Shown here one piece after another: positions 9,691 to 19,067 of a DNA stretch of 32,000 bases. Origin of the DNA: Vibrio alginolyticus NBRC 15630 = ATCC 17749 (lineage in GTDB: Bacteria > Pseudomonadota > Gammaproteobacteria > Enterobacterales > Vibrionaceae); NCBI RefSeq assembly GCF_000354175.2, contig NC_022349.1, positions 2,100,001-2,132,000 on the forward strand. The letters run 5' to 3'. Position numbers and translations under genes: made by a program. The first letter of the stretch is position 1; the number at the start of each line of letters is the position of its first letter. The notes under the pieces are model-generated. The model did not search any database. It had not been told where the DNA came from and saw only the letters and a list, made by a program, of their open reading frames with translations.

Positions 9691-11418
9691 ATGGATTTGA
9701 AAACTATTACCTACCTGGTCGTTGGCGCCACGTTCATCCTGTACATCGGGATTGCTATTTGGGCTCGCGCCGGATCAACCAAAGAGTTTTATGTTGCTGG
9801 TGGCGGTGTAAACCCGATTGCAAACGGTATGGCAACCGCAGCCGATTGGATGTCCGCAGCGTCGTTTATCTCAATGGCAGGCTTAATTGCCTTCATGGGC
9901 TATGGCGGCTCAGTATTTCTAATGGGTTGGACTGGTGGCTACGTTCTGCTTGCGCTGTTGCTAGCACCTTACCTACGCAAATTTGGTAAGTTTACGGTGC
10001 CAGAGTTTGTTGGTGAACGCTTTTACTCCAACACAGCACGTATCGTAGCGGTTGTTTGTCTTATCATCGCATCAGTGACTTATGTTATCGGTCAGATGAA
10101 AGGCGTGGGCGTTGCGTTTGGTCGCTTCTTAGAAGTGGATTACTCCACCGGCCTATTAATTGGTATGTGTATCGTTTTCATGTACGCGGTTCTTGGCGGC
10201 ATGAAAGGCATCACTTACACGCAGATTGCTCAATATTGCGTACTCATTCTTGCTTACACTATCCCTGCAATCTTTATCTCTCTGCAACTCACTGGTAACC
10301 CAATCCCACAAATTGGTCTGGGGAGTACCATGGCTGGTACCGATGTCTATCTACTCGATCGGCTTGACCAAGTGGTGACCGAACTCGGATTCAGTGAATA
10401 CACGACCCAAGTACGTGGCGACACACTTAATATGTTTGTCTACACCATGTCACTGATGATTGGTACTGCCGGTCTACCACACGTAATTATCCGTTTCTTT
10501 ACCGTGCCGAAGGTTCGCGACGCACGTACATCAGCAGGCTGGGCTCTGATCTTCATCGCAATCCTTTACACTACTGCACCAGCGGTATCAGCGATGGCTC
10601 GCCTCAACCTAATGAATACGGTAAATCCAGCTCCGGGTCAGCACCTAGCGTATGACGAGCGTCCTGCGTGGTTCAAAAACTGGGAAACAACTGGACTACT
10701 CGGTTTTGACGATAAAAATGGCGATGGCAATATCCAATACACTTCAGATGCGTCCACCAACGAACTGCGCGTTGATAACGACATCATGGTATTGGCTAAC
10801 CCAGAGATCGCTAAACTACCAAACTGGGTGATTGCACTTGTGGCAGCAGGTGGTCTTGCAGCTGCACTATCTACCGCAGCAGGTTTACTACTCGCCATTT
10901 CTTCAGCTATTTCCCATGACTTAATCAAAGGGGTTATCAATCCGAACATATCCGAGAAAAAAGAGCTACTTGCTAGTCGAATATCAATGGCAGTAGCGAT
11001 AGCAGCCGCAGGCTATCTCGGTTTAAATCCGCCTGGATTTGCCGCAGGTACGGTAGCACTCGCCTTTGGTCTTGCCGCTTCATCCATCTTCCCTGCATTG
11101 ATGATGGGCATCTTCAGCAAGAGCATCAACAAAGAAGGCGCAATCGCCGGTATGATTGCAGGTATCAGTATTACGCTGTTCTACGTATTCCAACACAAAG
11201 GCATTCTTTTCGTCGCTGATTGGAAATATCTAGAAAGCTGGGGAACAAACTGGTTCCTGGGTATTGAGCCAAACGCGTTTGGTGCTATCGGCGCACTATT
11301 TAACTTCATTGTTGCATTCGCTGTATCCAAAGTAACTGCAGAAACGCCACAAGAAGTAAAAGACCTAGTCGAACACGTTCGCGTACCAGTAGGTGCTGGT
11401 AGTGCAGTGGATCACTAA
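9691..11418 (+). CDS. Sodium:solute symporter (SSS/SLC5) large subunit, ActP-related (the subfamily that pairs with DUF4212)
   Basis: 575 aa with ~13-14 TM helices. SSS motifs shared with remembered E. coli ActP are present (GTAGLPHVIIRFFTV...DAR, AAGLLLAISSAISHDL). SD TAAGGAG precedes the ATG. Confidence 0.9.
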   Translation: MDLKTITYLVVGATFILYIGIAIWARAGSTKEFYVAGGGVNPIANGMATAADWMSAASFISMAGLIAFMGYGGSVFLMGWTGGYVLLALLLAPYLRKFGKFTVPEFVGERFYSNTARIVAVVCLIIASVTYVIGQMKGVGVAFGRFLEVDYSTGLLIGMCIVFMYAVLGGMKGITYTQIAQYCVLILAYTIPAIFISLQLTGNPIPQIGLGSTMAGTDVYLLDRLDQVVTELGFSEYTTQVRGDTLNMFVYTMSLMIGTAGLPHVIIRFFTVPKVRDARTSAGWALIFIAILYTTAPAVSAMARLNLMNTVNPAPGQHLAYDERPAWFKNWETTGLLGFDDKNGDGNIQYTSDASTNELRVDNDIMVLANPEIAKLPNWVIALVAAGGLAAALSTAAGLLLAISSAISHDLIKGVINPNISEKKELLASRISMAVAIAAAGYLGLNPPGFAAGTVALAFGLAASSIFPALMMGIFSKSINKEGAIAGMIAGISITLFYVFQHKGILFVADWKYLESWGTNWFLGIEPNAFGAIGALFNFIVAFAVSKVTAETPQEVKDLVEHVRVPVGAGSAVDH

Positions 11419-11438
11419 AAACTAATCAAAACCACAAA

Positions 11439-11475
11439 AGCCCCGTTTGGAACCAGCCGTCCGGGGCTTTTTTAT
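11439..11475 (+). terminator. Rho-independent terminator after symporter
   Basis: Stem AGCCCCG / CGGGGCT with a 16-nt loop, followed by TTTTTTATT. Confidence 0.75.
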
Positions 11476-11526
11476 TCTCACTTTTCAGTTACCATATTCG
11501 CAGTATGTCGTTGCAAGGAAGCCAAG

Positions 11527-12009
11527 ATGTTCAAAAACAAGCACTTTATTCTCGCTCTACTGATTGCGCCAGTTCTCTCTTTGATCGCTTACTTCGGTAC
11601 CGATATGGCCCTCAGCGAGAAACCCCACGCGGCGCAAGAAGGGGAAACTTACAAACTCGCGAGTAAGTCTAATTGTCGTTACACCAGTGGTCTGTGTGAT
11701 ATGGAAAATGGCGATTTTAAAGTGAAATTTCGCTCTGAAAAACTCACTAAAAATAACTTAGAATTGTCACTCAACGCCGCTTACCCACTCGAAGGGGTTA
11801 AAGTTTCTATTGTGAGTGACAAAGAGAAAAACGCTCAACCGATTGATATGAAGCCCGCCGATCAAGCAGGCCAAAGCTGGTACATCACCTTACCAAAGCC
11901 TGCATCTGCAGAAAGCTGGTTAAGAGTCGTCATTCAATCAGGCGGCACACTGTATTATGGTGAAACACAAACCGCATTTGTGAAGTACGAAACCTTATTT
12001 ACTGAATAA
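11527..12009 (+). CDS. Hypothetical membrane-anchored/periplasmic protein (function unknown)
   Basis: 160 aa with SD AAGGAAG before the ATG. It has an N-terminal hydrophobic anchor (FILALLIAPVLSLIAYF), a Cys pair (SNCRYTSGLC) and a beta-rich remainder. It has its own terminator. I recognise no family. Confidence 0.6.
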   Translation: MFKNKHFILALLIAPVLSLIAYFGTDMALSEKPHAAQEGETYKLASKSNCRYTSGLCDMENGDFKVKFRSEKLTKNNLELSLNAAYPLEGVKVSIVSDKEKNAQPIDMKPADQAGQSWYITLPKPASAESWLRVVIQSGGTLYYGETQTAFVKYETLFTE

Positions 12010-12082
12010 CGGCGACAAGCTAATTCACCGGTATTCAAACGACAGTGACTTAGTTTCACTCAGCATAAATGAATTCCTACTC

Positions 12083-12111
12083 AGCCGACGCCTTTGCGTC
12101 GGCTTTTGTTT
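12083..12111 (+). terminator. Rho-independent terminator
   Basis: Stem AGCCGACGC / GCGTCGGCT with loop CTTT, followed by TTTGTTT. Confidence 0.85.
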
Positions 12112-12171
12112 CCGTAAGTCTTTCTTCAACAACCTCTTACTCTAAAAAGGGTTGCCAACCCACAACTTAAT

Positions 12172-12191
12172 TGATAATAATTATCATTACA
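12172..12191. promoter_or_regulatory. Fur box (iron-responsive operator)
   Basis: TGATAAT-A-ATTATCA at 12172-12186 is a perfect match to the 7-1-7 Fur motif TGATAATnATTATCA. The 19-mer GATAATAATTATCATTACA matches the classical GATAATGATAATCATTATC at 15/19. It lies 18-37 bp upstream of the small ORF start, which precedes fumC. Confidence 0.8.
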
Positions 12192-12208
12192 TTTAATGAG
12201 AGGTGGTT

Positions 12209-12586
12209 ATGGACAACAAACGGGACATCTTTAACGCATTTTTTAAAGCCCAAGATAGATTCCTTCTCGCCGCACCACATGGCTTTGAGCCAGACGTGAT
12301 TCATGACTATATTCATTGGGGAATGGTGTTGTCTTCTTGTTATGAACACGATGCCGATGAAGAAAATCTATTGTTGTGTGAGCTGTTTTTACGTCAGGTT
12401 TATTTCCATTTACTAGACGCAATTCAAGACTCAACTCGCAGCCGTATCTTCCGTCGTGTCTGTCTCGATTCTATCCATACGCCATTATTCTGCCTCAAAC
12501 GCTATTACTACCAGTTTGAACAAGGCGACGTGAAATTTCTCGCACTACAACAACAATTACGCCTGATTCAAATCTCACTCGATTAA
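12209..12586 (+). CDS. Small hypothetical protein upstream of fumC, possibly FagA-like (Fur-associated gene)
   Basis: 125 aa from ATG 12209 with SD GAGAGGTGG upstream. The stop lies 17 nt before fumC with no terminator between them, so it is likely co-transcribed. The FagA-like label rests only on the analogy with the Pseudomonas fagA-fumC arrangement and a vaguely similar R..CLD....PL pattern. Confidence 0.55.
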   Translation: MDNKRDIFNAFFKAQDRFLLAAPHGFEPDVIHDYIHWGMVLSSCYEHDADEENLLLCELFLRQVYFHLLDAIQDSTRSRIFRRVCLDSIHTPLFCLKRYYYQFEQGDVKFLALQQQLRLIQISLD

Positions 12587-12603
12587 CCAAAAGGATCCCT
12601 ACC

Positions 12604-13989
12604 ATGAGCACCGAATTCCGCATAGAAACTGACAGTATGGGCGAAGTAACGGTCCCTGCAGATGCTCTCTACCAAGCCCAAACTCAACGCGCCGTCGATA
12701 ACTTCTCATTCAGTCAACATAAAATGCCATCTGGTTTTATCAAAGCGTTAGCACACATCAAGCAGACTGCGGCACTCACCAACGCACAGCTAGGGCTGCT
12801 TGAAGGAGATATTGCCAACGCGATTGCTGACGCAGCTCAAGCAATTATCGAAGGCAATCATATTGAGCAATTCCCAATTGACGTGTTCCAAACAGGATCA
12901 GGCACTAGCTCAAATATGAATGCGAATGAAGTAATTGCAACACTGGCCTCCCAGCATCTAGGCGGCACTGTTAGCCCTAATGATCACGTCAACATGGGGC
13001 AAAGCAGCAACGATGTGGTACCGACGGCCATTCAAGTTAGCGCAGCATTAGCCATCGAAAAACAGCTCTTCCCGGCCCTGTCACACCTCAGCCAAACACT
13101 AGAGTCTAAACAGCAAGCATTGAAAGATGTTGTAAAAACCGGTCGCACCCACTTAATGGACGCGATGCCAATTACCTTTGCTCAAGAACTTGGCGGTTGG
13201 CAGTTCCAAATCGAGCATGCAAAACAAGCGATTGAACAAACACTTCCTGCTGTAAAAGCCTTAGCCCAAGGTGGTACGGCGGTTGGAACGGGGATCAATG
13301 CCGATCCACGCTTTGCAGACTTATTCGCTAGCAACCTAACCCAATCAACTCGCATTCAGTTCACGGCCAGTGATAACTTCTTTTTCAATTTAAGCAGTCA
13401 AGATGCGATCGTCGCTCTGTCGGGACAGCTCAAAACAGCAGCAGTTGCGATCATGAAGATCGCAAATGATCTTCGTTGGATGAATTCAGGCCCATTGGCT
13501 GGTTTAGGTGAAATTGAATTACAAGGCTTGCAGCCGGGTTCTTCCATCATGCCTGGCAAAGTAAATCCTGTGATCCCAGAAGCAGCAGCTATGGCATCAG
13601 CGCAAGTCATTGGTAATGACACCACCATAACCGTCGCAGGCCAAGCGGGCAACTTCCAGCTTAACGTCATGCTGCCAGTTATTGCTCATAACGTATTGGA
13701 GAGCATCGAGTTACTCTCTAACAGCGCAACCGCTTTAGCTGACAAAGCCATTGCGACGTTTGAAGTTCGCCAAGATAACTTGGATGTAGCACTCGCCAAA
13801 AACCCAATTTTGGTCACGGCTCTCAACCCGGTCATTGGTTACCTAAAAGCGGCAGAAGTCGCGAAAAAAGCCTACAAACAGGGACGCGCGATTATTGATG
13901 TCGCGGAAGAAGAAACTGATTTGGATAGAGCCACACTAGAGCGATTGCTTAATCCAGCCAAACTGACCCAAGGCGGCGTCGCAGAATAA
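12604..13989 (+). CDS. fumC: Class II (iron-independent) fumarate hydratase
   Basis: 461 aa with the GSSIMPGKVNP signature and a FumC-type N-terminus (FRIETDSMGEVTVPADALYQAQTQRAVDNF). TGRTHLMDA and SSNDV motifs are also present. Confidence 0.96.
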   Translation: MSTEFRIETDSMGEVTVPADALYQAQTQRAVDNFSFSQHKMPSGFIKALAHIKQTAALTNAQLGLLEGDIANAIADAAQAIIEGNHIEQFPIDVFQTGSGTSSNMNANEVIATLASQHLGGTVSPNDHVNMGQSSNDVVPTAIQVSAALAIEKQLFPALSHLSQTLESKQQALKDVVKTGRTHLMDAMPITFAQELGGWQFQIEHAKQAIEQTLPAVKALAQGGTAVGTGINADPRFADLFASNLTQSTRIQFTASDNFFFNLSSQDAIVALSGQLKTAAVAIMKIANDLRWMNSGPLAGLGEIELQGLQPGSSIMPGKVNPVIPEAAAMASAQVIGNDTTITVAGQAGNFQLNVMLPVIAHNVLESIELLSNSATALADKAIATFEVRQDNLDVALAKNPILVTALNPVIGYLKAAEVAKKAYKQGRAIIDVAEEETDLDRATLERLLNPAKLTQGGVAE

Positions 13990-14027
13990 ACGGCAAACTC
14001 AGCCTATCAACTAAGATTACAAACATC

Positions 14028-14054
14028 GAGACCTCCATTCGGAGGTCTCTTTTA
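14028..14054 (+). terminator. Rho-independent terminator between convergent fumC and crbS
   Basis: Stem GAGACCTCC / GGAGGTCTC with loop ATTC, followed by TTTTAT. Confidence 0.85.
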
Positions 14055-14079
14055 TAGCGATTTTTCAAACACTCCAATC

Positions 14080-17000
14080 CTAAGCGACTCGATTGAGCAC
14101 CGAACGCAGCTTAAGCGGCTTAACTGGCTTAGCAATAAAGCTGAACCCATTTGCTTTGATGCCATCAAGCATATCATCGGTACGATCTGCACTGATGATG
14201 ACGCCTTCAAAGCTGTGGCCTAATCTCAGGCGGCATTGCTGTAACACTTCTAAACCAGTACGACCATCATCAAGTCGGTAATCGGAGAAAATTACATCCG
14301 GAATCCAACCATCCTCAAGCGCTTGTAGACTTTCAACTAAATCAATCGCAACTCGTGTATCGCAACCCCATCGGGAAAGTAAGTTTTCCATGCCGACTAG
14401 AATGTCAGGCTCATTATCGACACAAAGGATTCTCAGATGACCGAGTTCAGATTGCTTATTCATCGCCACGTGAACTGGATGAGGCTGAACATGATCAGCT
14501 TTATCTAGGGTGATGGAAAAAACACTGCCTTTTCCAACCCAAGAGCGCATCGAAATTTCATGCCCAAGTACCTGAGCAATTCCTTTCGAAATCGCCAAAC
14601 CAAGTCCGAGGCCTTGGTCGGAACGAACTTGAGTTCCGCGATTAAACTCTTCAAAAATCTCTTGCTGCTTCTCTTCTTCAATCCCCACTCCATTATCCCA
14701 TACATCAATACGCACTCGCCCTTTCACGCGGCGAACACCGAGTGCGACTTTGCCATTCGGGTTATAACGAAACGCATTGGTCAGGAAGTTTTGCACCACA
14801 CGGCGCAGCAGTTTGGGATCCGACTTAACCATGAGTGAGGACGGAATCATCGTGAACTCTATACCTTGCTGTTTGGCTAACGCACTAAACTCAGCATTCA
14901 AATTCGATAACACATCATTTAACGCAAAGCCATGCACGTTGACTTCCAACTTGCCCGATTCCAAACGCGAGATATCCAGCAAATCTCCAATTAAGTCTTC
15001 GGCAGCCTCTAAAGCACTTTCAATGTGTGCTGACAGCTTTTTGGCTTCGCTGTCTTTGGCGACTTCCGATAGTGAAGAAGCGAATAGACGCGCCGCGTTG
15101 AGCGGTTGCATCAAGTCATGGCTTACTGCCGCCAAGAACCGTGATTTGGACTTCGATTCCAAATCCGAGCGCTGCGTCGCTTCCACCAGTTGCTTGTTAA
15201 GTTGTTCTAATTCTCGAGTCCGCAGACGTACCCTTTCTTCCAATGTCTCGTTGGCGTCTTTCAGTGCTTGCTCTGCATCACGGAATACGGTGATGTCGGT
15301 AAAGCTCATCACAAAGCCACCACCTGGCATTGGGTTACCTTGCACCTCTATCACGCGACCATCGGGACGAACCCGAGAAGAGGTGTGCCGAGTCCCTTGC
15401 TCAAGGTGATAAACACGGCGACGGACGTGGTCATCAGGGTCACCAGGGCCACACAACCCCTGCTCTGCATTGTGCCGAATCACATCCGCAATCGGTCGAC
15501 CTACTTGAATCAGGCCTGGCGGAAATTCAAAGAGTTCTAAATAGCGTTGGTTCCACGCTACCAAGCGTAGTTGCTTATCGACGACCGCAATACCTTGTCC
15601 AATATGCTCAATCGCGCCTTGGAGTAAACCCCGACTAAAATCGTACAGTTCAGAGGCTTCATCGACGATAGTCGCCACCTCTTCAAGCTGCATGTTTCTT
15701 CCTTGCAGAGCGGAAGTAAGCACTAACTTAGCAGAAGATGCACCAAATACCCCTGCCAGCACACGCTCCGTATGCCGAATCAGAGAAGATGGCGCTTGCT
15801 GATTCGGCATTAACTCTTCTCGTTGTTGGCTCCAGTAGGCTTGAAACGCCGCTTTAACTCGCGTTCGTCCTACAAATCTGGACGCTAGCATTTCCAGTTC
15901 TGCAACCGTAACGCGGCTCTGGTACAGACTCATATTTTCGCTTTCAGGCAACGGTGTACCAACGAATGATGCCGATTGTAAGCGCTCACTTAGGCTTGGT
16001 CGGGTAGCCATAGAAACCACAACAAAACACACTGCATTAGCGACCACGCTGAGGATCATCCCCCAATCTGAAATCGCGATATCAAAGCTAGCCAATACCT
16101 CTGGTGGCGTAATCAACCAGATCAGGAAGTTATTACTGGCGTCTCCGGCAAGCATGTCTGTTTGGCTCATTAACGTAATCAACCAGGTAGCAAAACCCAC
16201 CGCGAGGCCAACATACACACCTTTCTTATTCCCTTGACGCCAATACATACCGCCAACCAGCGCAGGAGCGAATTGCGTGATAGCCGCGAACGAGAGAAAG
16301 CCGATAGCAGAAAGTGAATGAATAGTGTCCAACGCTTGATAGAAACACCACGCGCCAATCAACAAAACTAATATCAAACCACGGCGGATCCGCAGTAATA
16401 ATTCAGAAAAATGGTGATGGTTACGCTGCGTCAGTCGCATGCGACGCAATAGCAATGGCATAACCAAGTCATTCGAGACCATGATCGCTAAGGCAATCGT
16501 CGATACGATAACCATGCCACTTGCCGCTGAAGTACCGCCTAAAAACGCAAGCAAGGCGATTTCACTCGCCCCTACCGACATCGGCACACTGATGACATAA
16601 GTATCAGGCGAAGCGCCACTCAAGAGACCTTGCCCTACCCACGCAATAGGTAAGACAAAAATCCCCATTAAGATCAGATAAATGGGGAACAACCAACGAG
16701 CCACATGCAAATCTTGAGCACGTTCATTTTCTACCACCATCGTATGGAATTGTCGCGGAAGGCAAACTATCGCCAGCATGGTCAGTACAGTATGAATCAA
16801 TATAGTCGGGATATTTGGTGACTGATACGTCTGCGCGGCAACATCAATTAAGCTCAAACTCTCGGTGTTCATCGCCAACCAAACAATGAAGACACCGACC
16901 ACTAAAAAAGCCAGCAGTTTGATAATTGATTCGAAGGCAATTGCCATCATCATCCCACGATGGTGTTCCGTGTTATCAATGTGGCGGGTACCGAATAGCA

Positions 17001-17511
17001 TCGTAAAAATCGCCAATGCGACCACAACAAACCACGACACGCTATCATTTTGATAACCAAAATCAATAGCCAGCTCTGGAGCAATGATTTCAAGCCCCAT
17101 AGTGATACCACGCAGCTGTAAAGCGATGTACGGCAAAATTCCCGCAACCGCTATGAGCGTAACAACCACGGCCAAACCTTGGGATTTACCGTAGCGTGCT
17201 CCGATAAAGTCAGCAATCGACGTGATGTGTTCCCGTTTAGCAATCAAAATAAGCCGAGCTAAAACGCGCCATCCGATGGTAAACACTAAAATGGGAGCAA
17301 TATAGATGGGCAAGAAAGACCAAGGATTACTGCTGGCCTGCCCGACCGTGCCGTAGAAGGTCCATGATGTACAGTACACCGCAATGGAAAGGCTATAAAT
17401 CCAAGGCCGCCAGCGCGCTAGCCACCTTTTCTGAATGTCGCCGTACCACGCGATGATAAATAAAGCTCCCAAATACGCTAAAGAAACGGGAACCACCAGC
17501 CATCCTTGCAT
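14080..17511 (-). CDS. crbS: Hybrid sensor histidine kinase with N-terminal SSS (SLC5-like) transporter domain, PAS, HisKA, HATPase_c and receiver (CrbS-type)
   Basis: 1143 aa from ATG 17511. The track start 17589 would lie inside the upstream gene's terminator. The first ~500 aa are polytopic and SSS-like. PAS follows (GIAVVDKQLRLVAWNQRYLELF), then an H-box (FLAAVSHDLMQPLNAA), N/G boxes (NFLTNAFRYN, DNGVGI, GLGLGLAI) and a C-terminal REC (ILCVDNEP...DVIFSDYRLDDG...KP). This architecture is the hallmark of CrbS/CbrA-like kinases. Confidence 0.85.
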   Translation of the reverse strand: MQGWLVVPVSLAYLGALFIIAWYGDIQKRWLARWRPWIYSLSIAVYCTSWTFYGTVGQASSNPWSFLPIYIAPILVFTIGWRVLARLILIAKREHITSIADFIGARYGKSQGLAVVVTLIAVAGILPYIALQLRGITMGLEIIAPELAIDFGYQNDSVSWFVVVALAIFTMLFGTRHIDNTEHHRGMMMAIAFESIIKLLAFLVVGVFIVWLAMNTESLSLIDVAAQTYQSPNIPTILIHTVLTMLAIVCLPRQFHTMVVENERAQDLHVARWLFPIYLILMGIFVLPIAWVGQGLLSGASPDTYVISVPMSVGASEIALLAFLGGTSAASGMVIVSTIALAIMVSNDLVMPLLLRRMRLTQRNHHHFSELLLRIRRGLILVLLIGAWCFYQALDTIHSLSAIGFLSFAAITQFAPALVGGMYWRQGNKKGVYVGLAVGFATWLITLMSQTDMLAGDASNNFLIWLITPPEVLASFDIAISDWGMILSVVANAVCFVVVSMATRPSLSERLQSASFVGTPLPESENMSLYQSRVTVAELEMLASRFVGRTRVKAAFQAYWSQQREELMPNQQAPSSLIRHTERVLAGVFGASSAKLVLTSALQGRNMQLEEVATIVDEASELYDFSRGLLQGAIEHIGQGIAVVDKQLRLVAWNQRYLELFEFPPGLIQVGRPIADVIRHNAEQGLCGPGDPDDHVRRRVYHLEQGTRHTSSRVRPDGRVIEVQGNPMPGGGFVMSFTDITVFRDAEQALKDANETLEERVRLRTRELEQLNKQLVEATQRSDLESKSKSRFLAAVSHDLMQPLNAARLFASSLSEVAKDSEAKKLSAHIESALEAAEDLIGDLLDISRLESGKLEVNVHGFALNDVLSNLNAEFSALAKQQGIEFTMIPSSLMVKSDPKLLRRVVQNFLTNAFRYNPNGKVALGVRRVKGRVRIDVWDNGVGIEEEKQQEIFEEFNRGTQVRSDQGLGLGLAISKGIAQVLGHEISMRSWVGKGSVFSITLDKADHVQPHPVHVAMNKQSELGHLRILCVDNEPDILVGMENLLSRWGCDTRVAIDLVESLQALEDGWIPDVIFSDYRLDDGRTGLEVLQQCRLRLGHSFEGVIISADRTDDMLDGIKANGFSFIAKPVKPLKLRSVLNRVA

Positions 17512-17552
17512 CCGATATCCTTTCTTGCCTTTCTTGCTACTTTTAAAGCAAG

Positions 17553-17586
17553 AGAATAAAAAAACCTCTCCATGAGGGAGAGGTTT
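17553..17586 (-). terminator. Rho-independent terminator of the HcaT-like MFS gene
   Basis: On the - strand, stem AAACCTCTCC / GGAGAGGTTT (10 bp) with loop CTCAT, followed by TTTTATTCT. Confidence 0.85.
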
Positions 17587-17646
17587 CATTTAACACCGCT
17601 TTGATAACGGAGACAAAGCTTAGTTTTTAACCTTTGTTACATAAGT

Positions 17647-18834
17647 CTAATTCTGTGTTTCAAGTGGCTTGTCTGATACATCAACCACCTGATGTGGGTC
17701 TTGTGAATCAAGCTTGATGAACAGAGCCAATAACCCCATCGCGGCCATGCCCCAGAACACAAGCGGTCCCCAGTGCTCATAACCCCAACCACTCAATACG
17801 GTCATTAACGCGATAAATGCGCCCAACGGAATCGCGTTATACAACGCTTGCAACGCTACGATCTTATTTTCTTCGGAGTTTTGGATATATTGGATCGCGG
17901 CAATGTGTGCGGTAGCGAAAGTCACACCATGTAGTAGTTGAACAATCACCAAAGCAATAATTGATGTTGTCGACGCCGTAATACCCCAACGCATCATTAC
18001 ACCAACGGCAGCAGCAATAAACAGCGCGCGTATTGACCAACCTACGAATAAACGCTTACTCAGTGCAAACACTGCCACTTCTGCGGCTACTCCTAAGCTC
18101 CACAAGTAGCCAATGACATCTTCCGAGTGACCAGCGGCCTTCCAGTGAATCGCACTAAAGCCGTAGTAAGCCGCATGACTGCCCTGAATTAGTGACACCA
18201 ACACTAAGAATTTTAGTATCGGCTTGTCGGTCAAAAGAGCGGTCAGCTTTGGACGTTCTGCGCTTTGCCCACCGTGCGTTACAGGCATTGGGTTAGTCGG
18301 TCGCATAGCAAACAGCAACGAGATAAACACGCCGAACATCGCAGTATACAAGATCATATCGGAGCCAAATTCAGCCACCAGGTAGCCCACTGCCGTCGAG
18401 CCTGCGATAAAGGCGATCGAACCCCATAGCCGCGTGCGGCCATAATCGAGCATTTTCAGGCGAGCGTAGTAATTTGCCATCGCGTCCGACAACGGAATAA
18501 TCGGTCCACAACAAAGATTGAACAACACTGTCGCTAGTGCCATTAACCAAAAGCTACCACCCGTAAAAAAGTGAAATCCAACAAAAAGGAGGGCAGCGAA
18601 ACTCAACCAACGTAAAGCAGGCATAAGATGTTCGACTTTGTGTACTCGTGGGGTGATCACGATATTGGCAACACAACGTGTCGCAAGGCCTAACCCGACC
18701 AGCAAACCGATATCTGTCGAAGATACGCCCTGATCCTTAAACCAAAGTGACCAAAATGGCAGATACACGCCATACGCAAAGAAGAATCCGAGAAAGTACT
18801 GGGAAATCCAGCCATACGGAGAAGGTTTCAACAT
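17647..18834 (-). CDS. MFS transporter, HcaT/MFS_1_like family (substrate unknown)
   Basis: 395 aa from ATG 18834 with 12 predicted TM helices. The N-terminus YFLGFFFAYGVYLPFWSLWFKDQGVSSTDIGLLVGLGLATRCVANIVITPRV resembles remembered E. coli HcaT (YFFSYGIFLPFWSVWLKGIGLTPETIGLLLG). Confidence 0.8.
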   Translation of the reverse strand: MLKPSPYGWISQYFLGFFFAYGVYLPFWSLWFKDQGVSSTDIGLLVGLGLATRCVANIVITPRVHKVEHLMPALRWLSFAALLFVGFHFFTGGSFWLMALATVLFNLCCGPIIPLSDAMANYYARLKMLDYGRTRLWGSIAFIAGSTAVGYLVAEFGSDMILYTAMFGVFISLLFAMRPTNPMPVTHGGQSAERPKLTALLTDKPILKFLVLVSLIQGSHAAYYGFSAIHWKAAGHSEDVIGYLWSLGVAAEVAVFALSKRLFVGWSIRALFIAAAVGVMMRWGITASTTSIIALVIVQLLHGVTFATAHIAAIQYIQNSEENKIVALQALYNAIPLGAFIALMTVLSGWGYEHWGPLVFWGMAAMGLLALFIKLDSQDPHQVVDVSDKPLETQN

Positions 18835-19067
18835 TACTAATATCCTAAAACGGGAACACCAACGTTCGAGCCGGGAATTATGGATCGCCATGCGTATTAT
18901 AAAAAGGGAAGAATAAGAAACTTATCGTTTCCTCGATGGAATACTAACTTTGCGACATTTGGCATCTTCAAGCGAAAACATCGTAATTTAGACCAAAGTC
19001 GTCTGGCTTCCGGTAAGAAATTTGTCAGACTTAGAGAGTGTTCCTTCCATCATTATTGGGTGTTCTC

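Noticed and set aside
14777-15409. 210-aa + strand ORF, plus others at 14093-14281, 14560-14838, 15268-15638 and 16865-17053, antisense to crbS
   Set aside because: These are shadow ORFs opposite a long, motif-rich kinase gene. Their Ser/Arg/Cys-rich composition is typical of antisense frames, and they have no SD or motifs.
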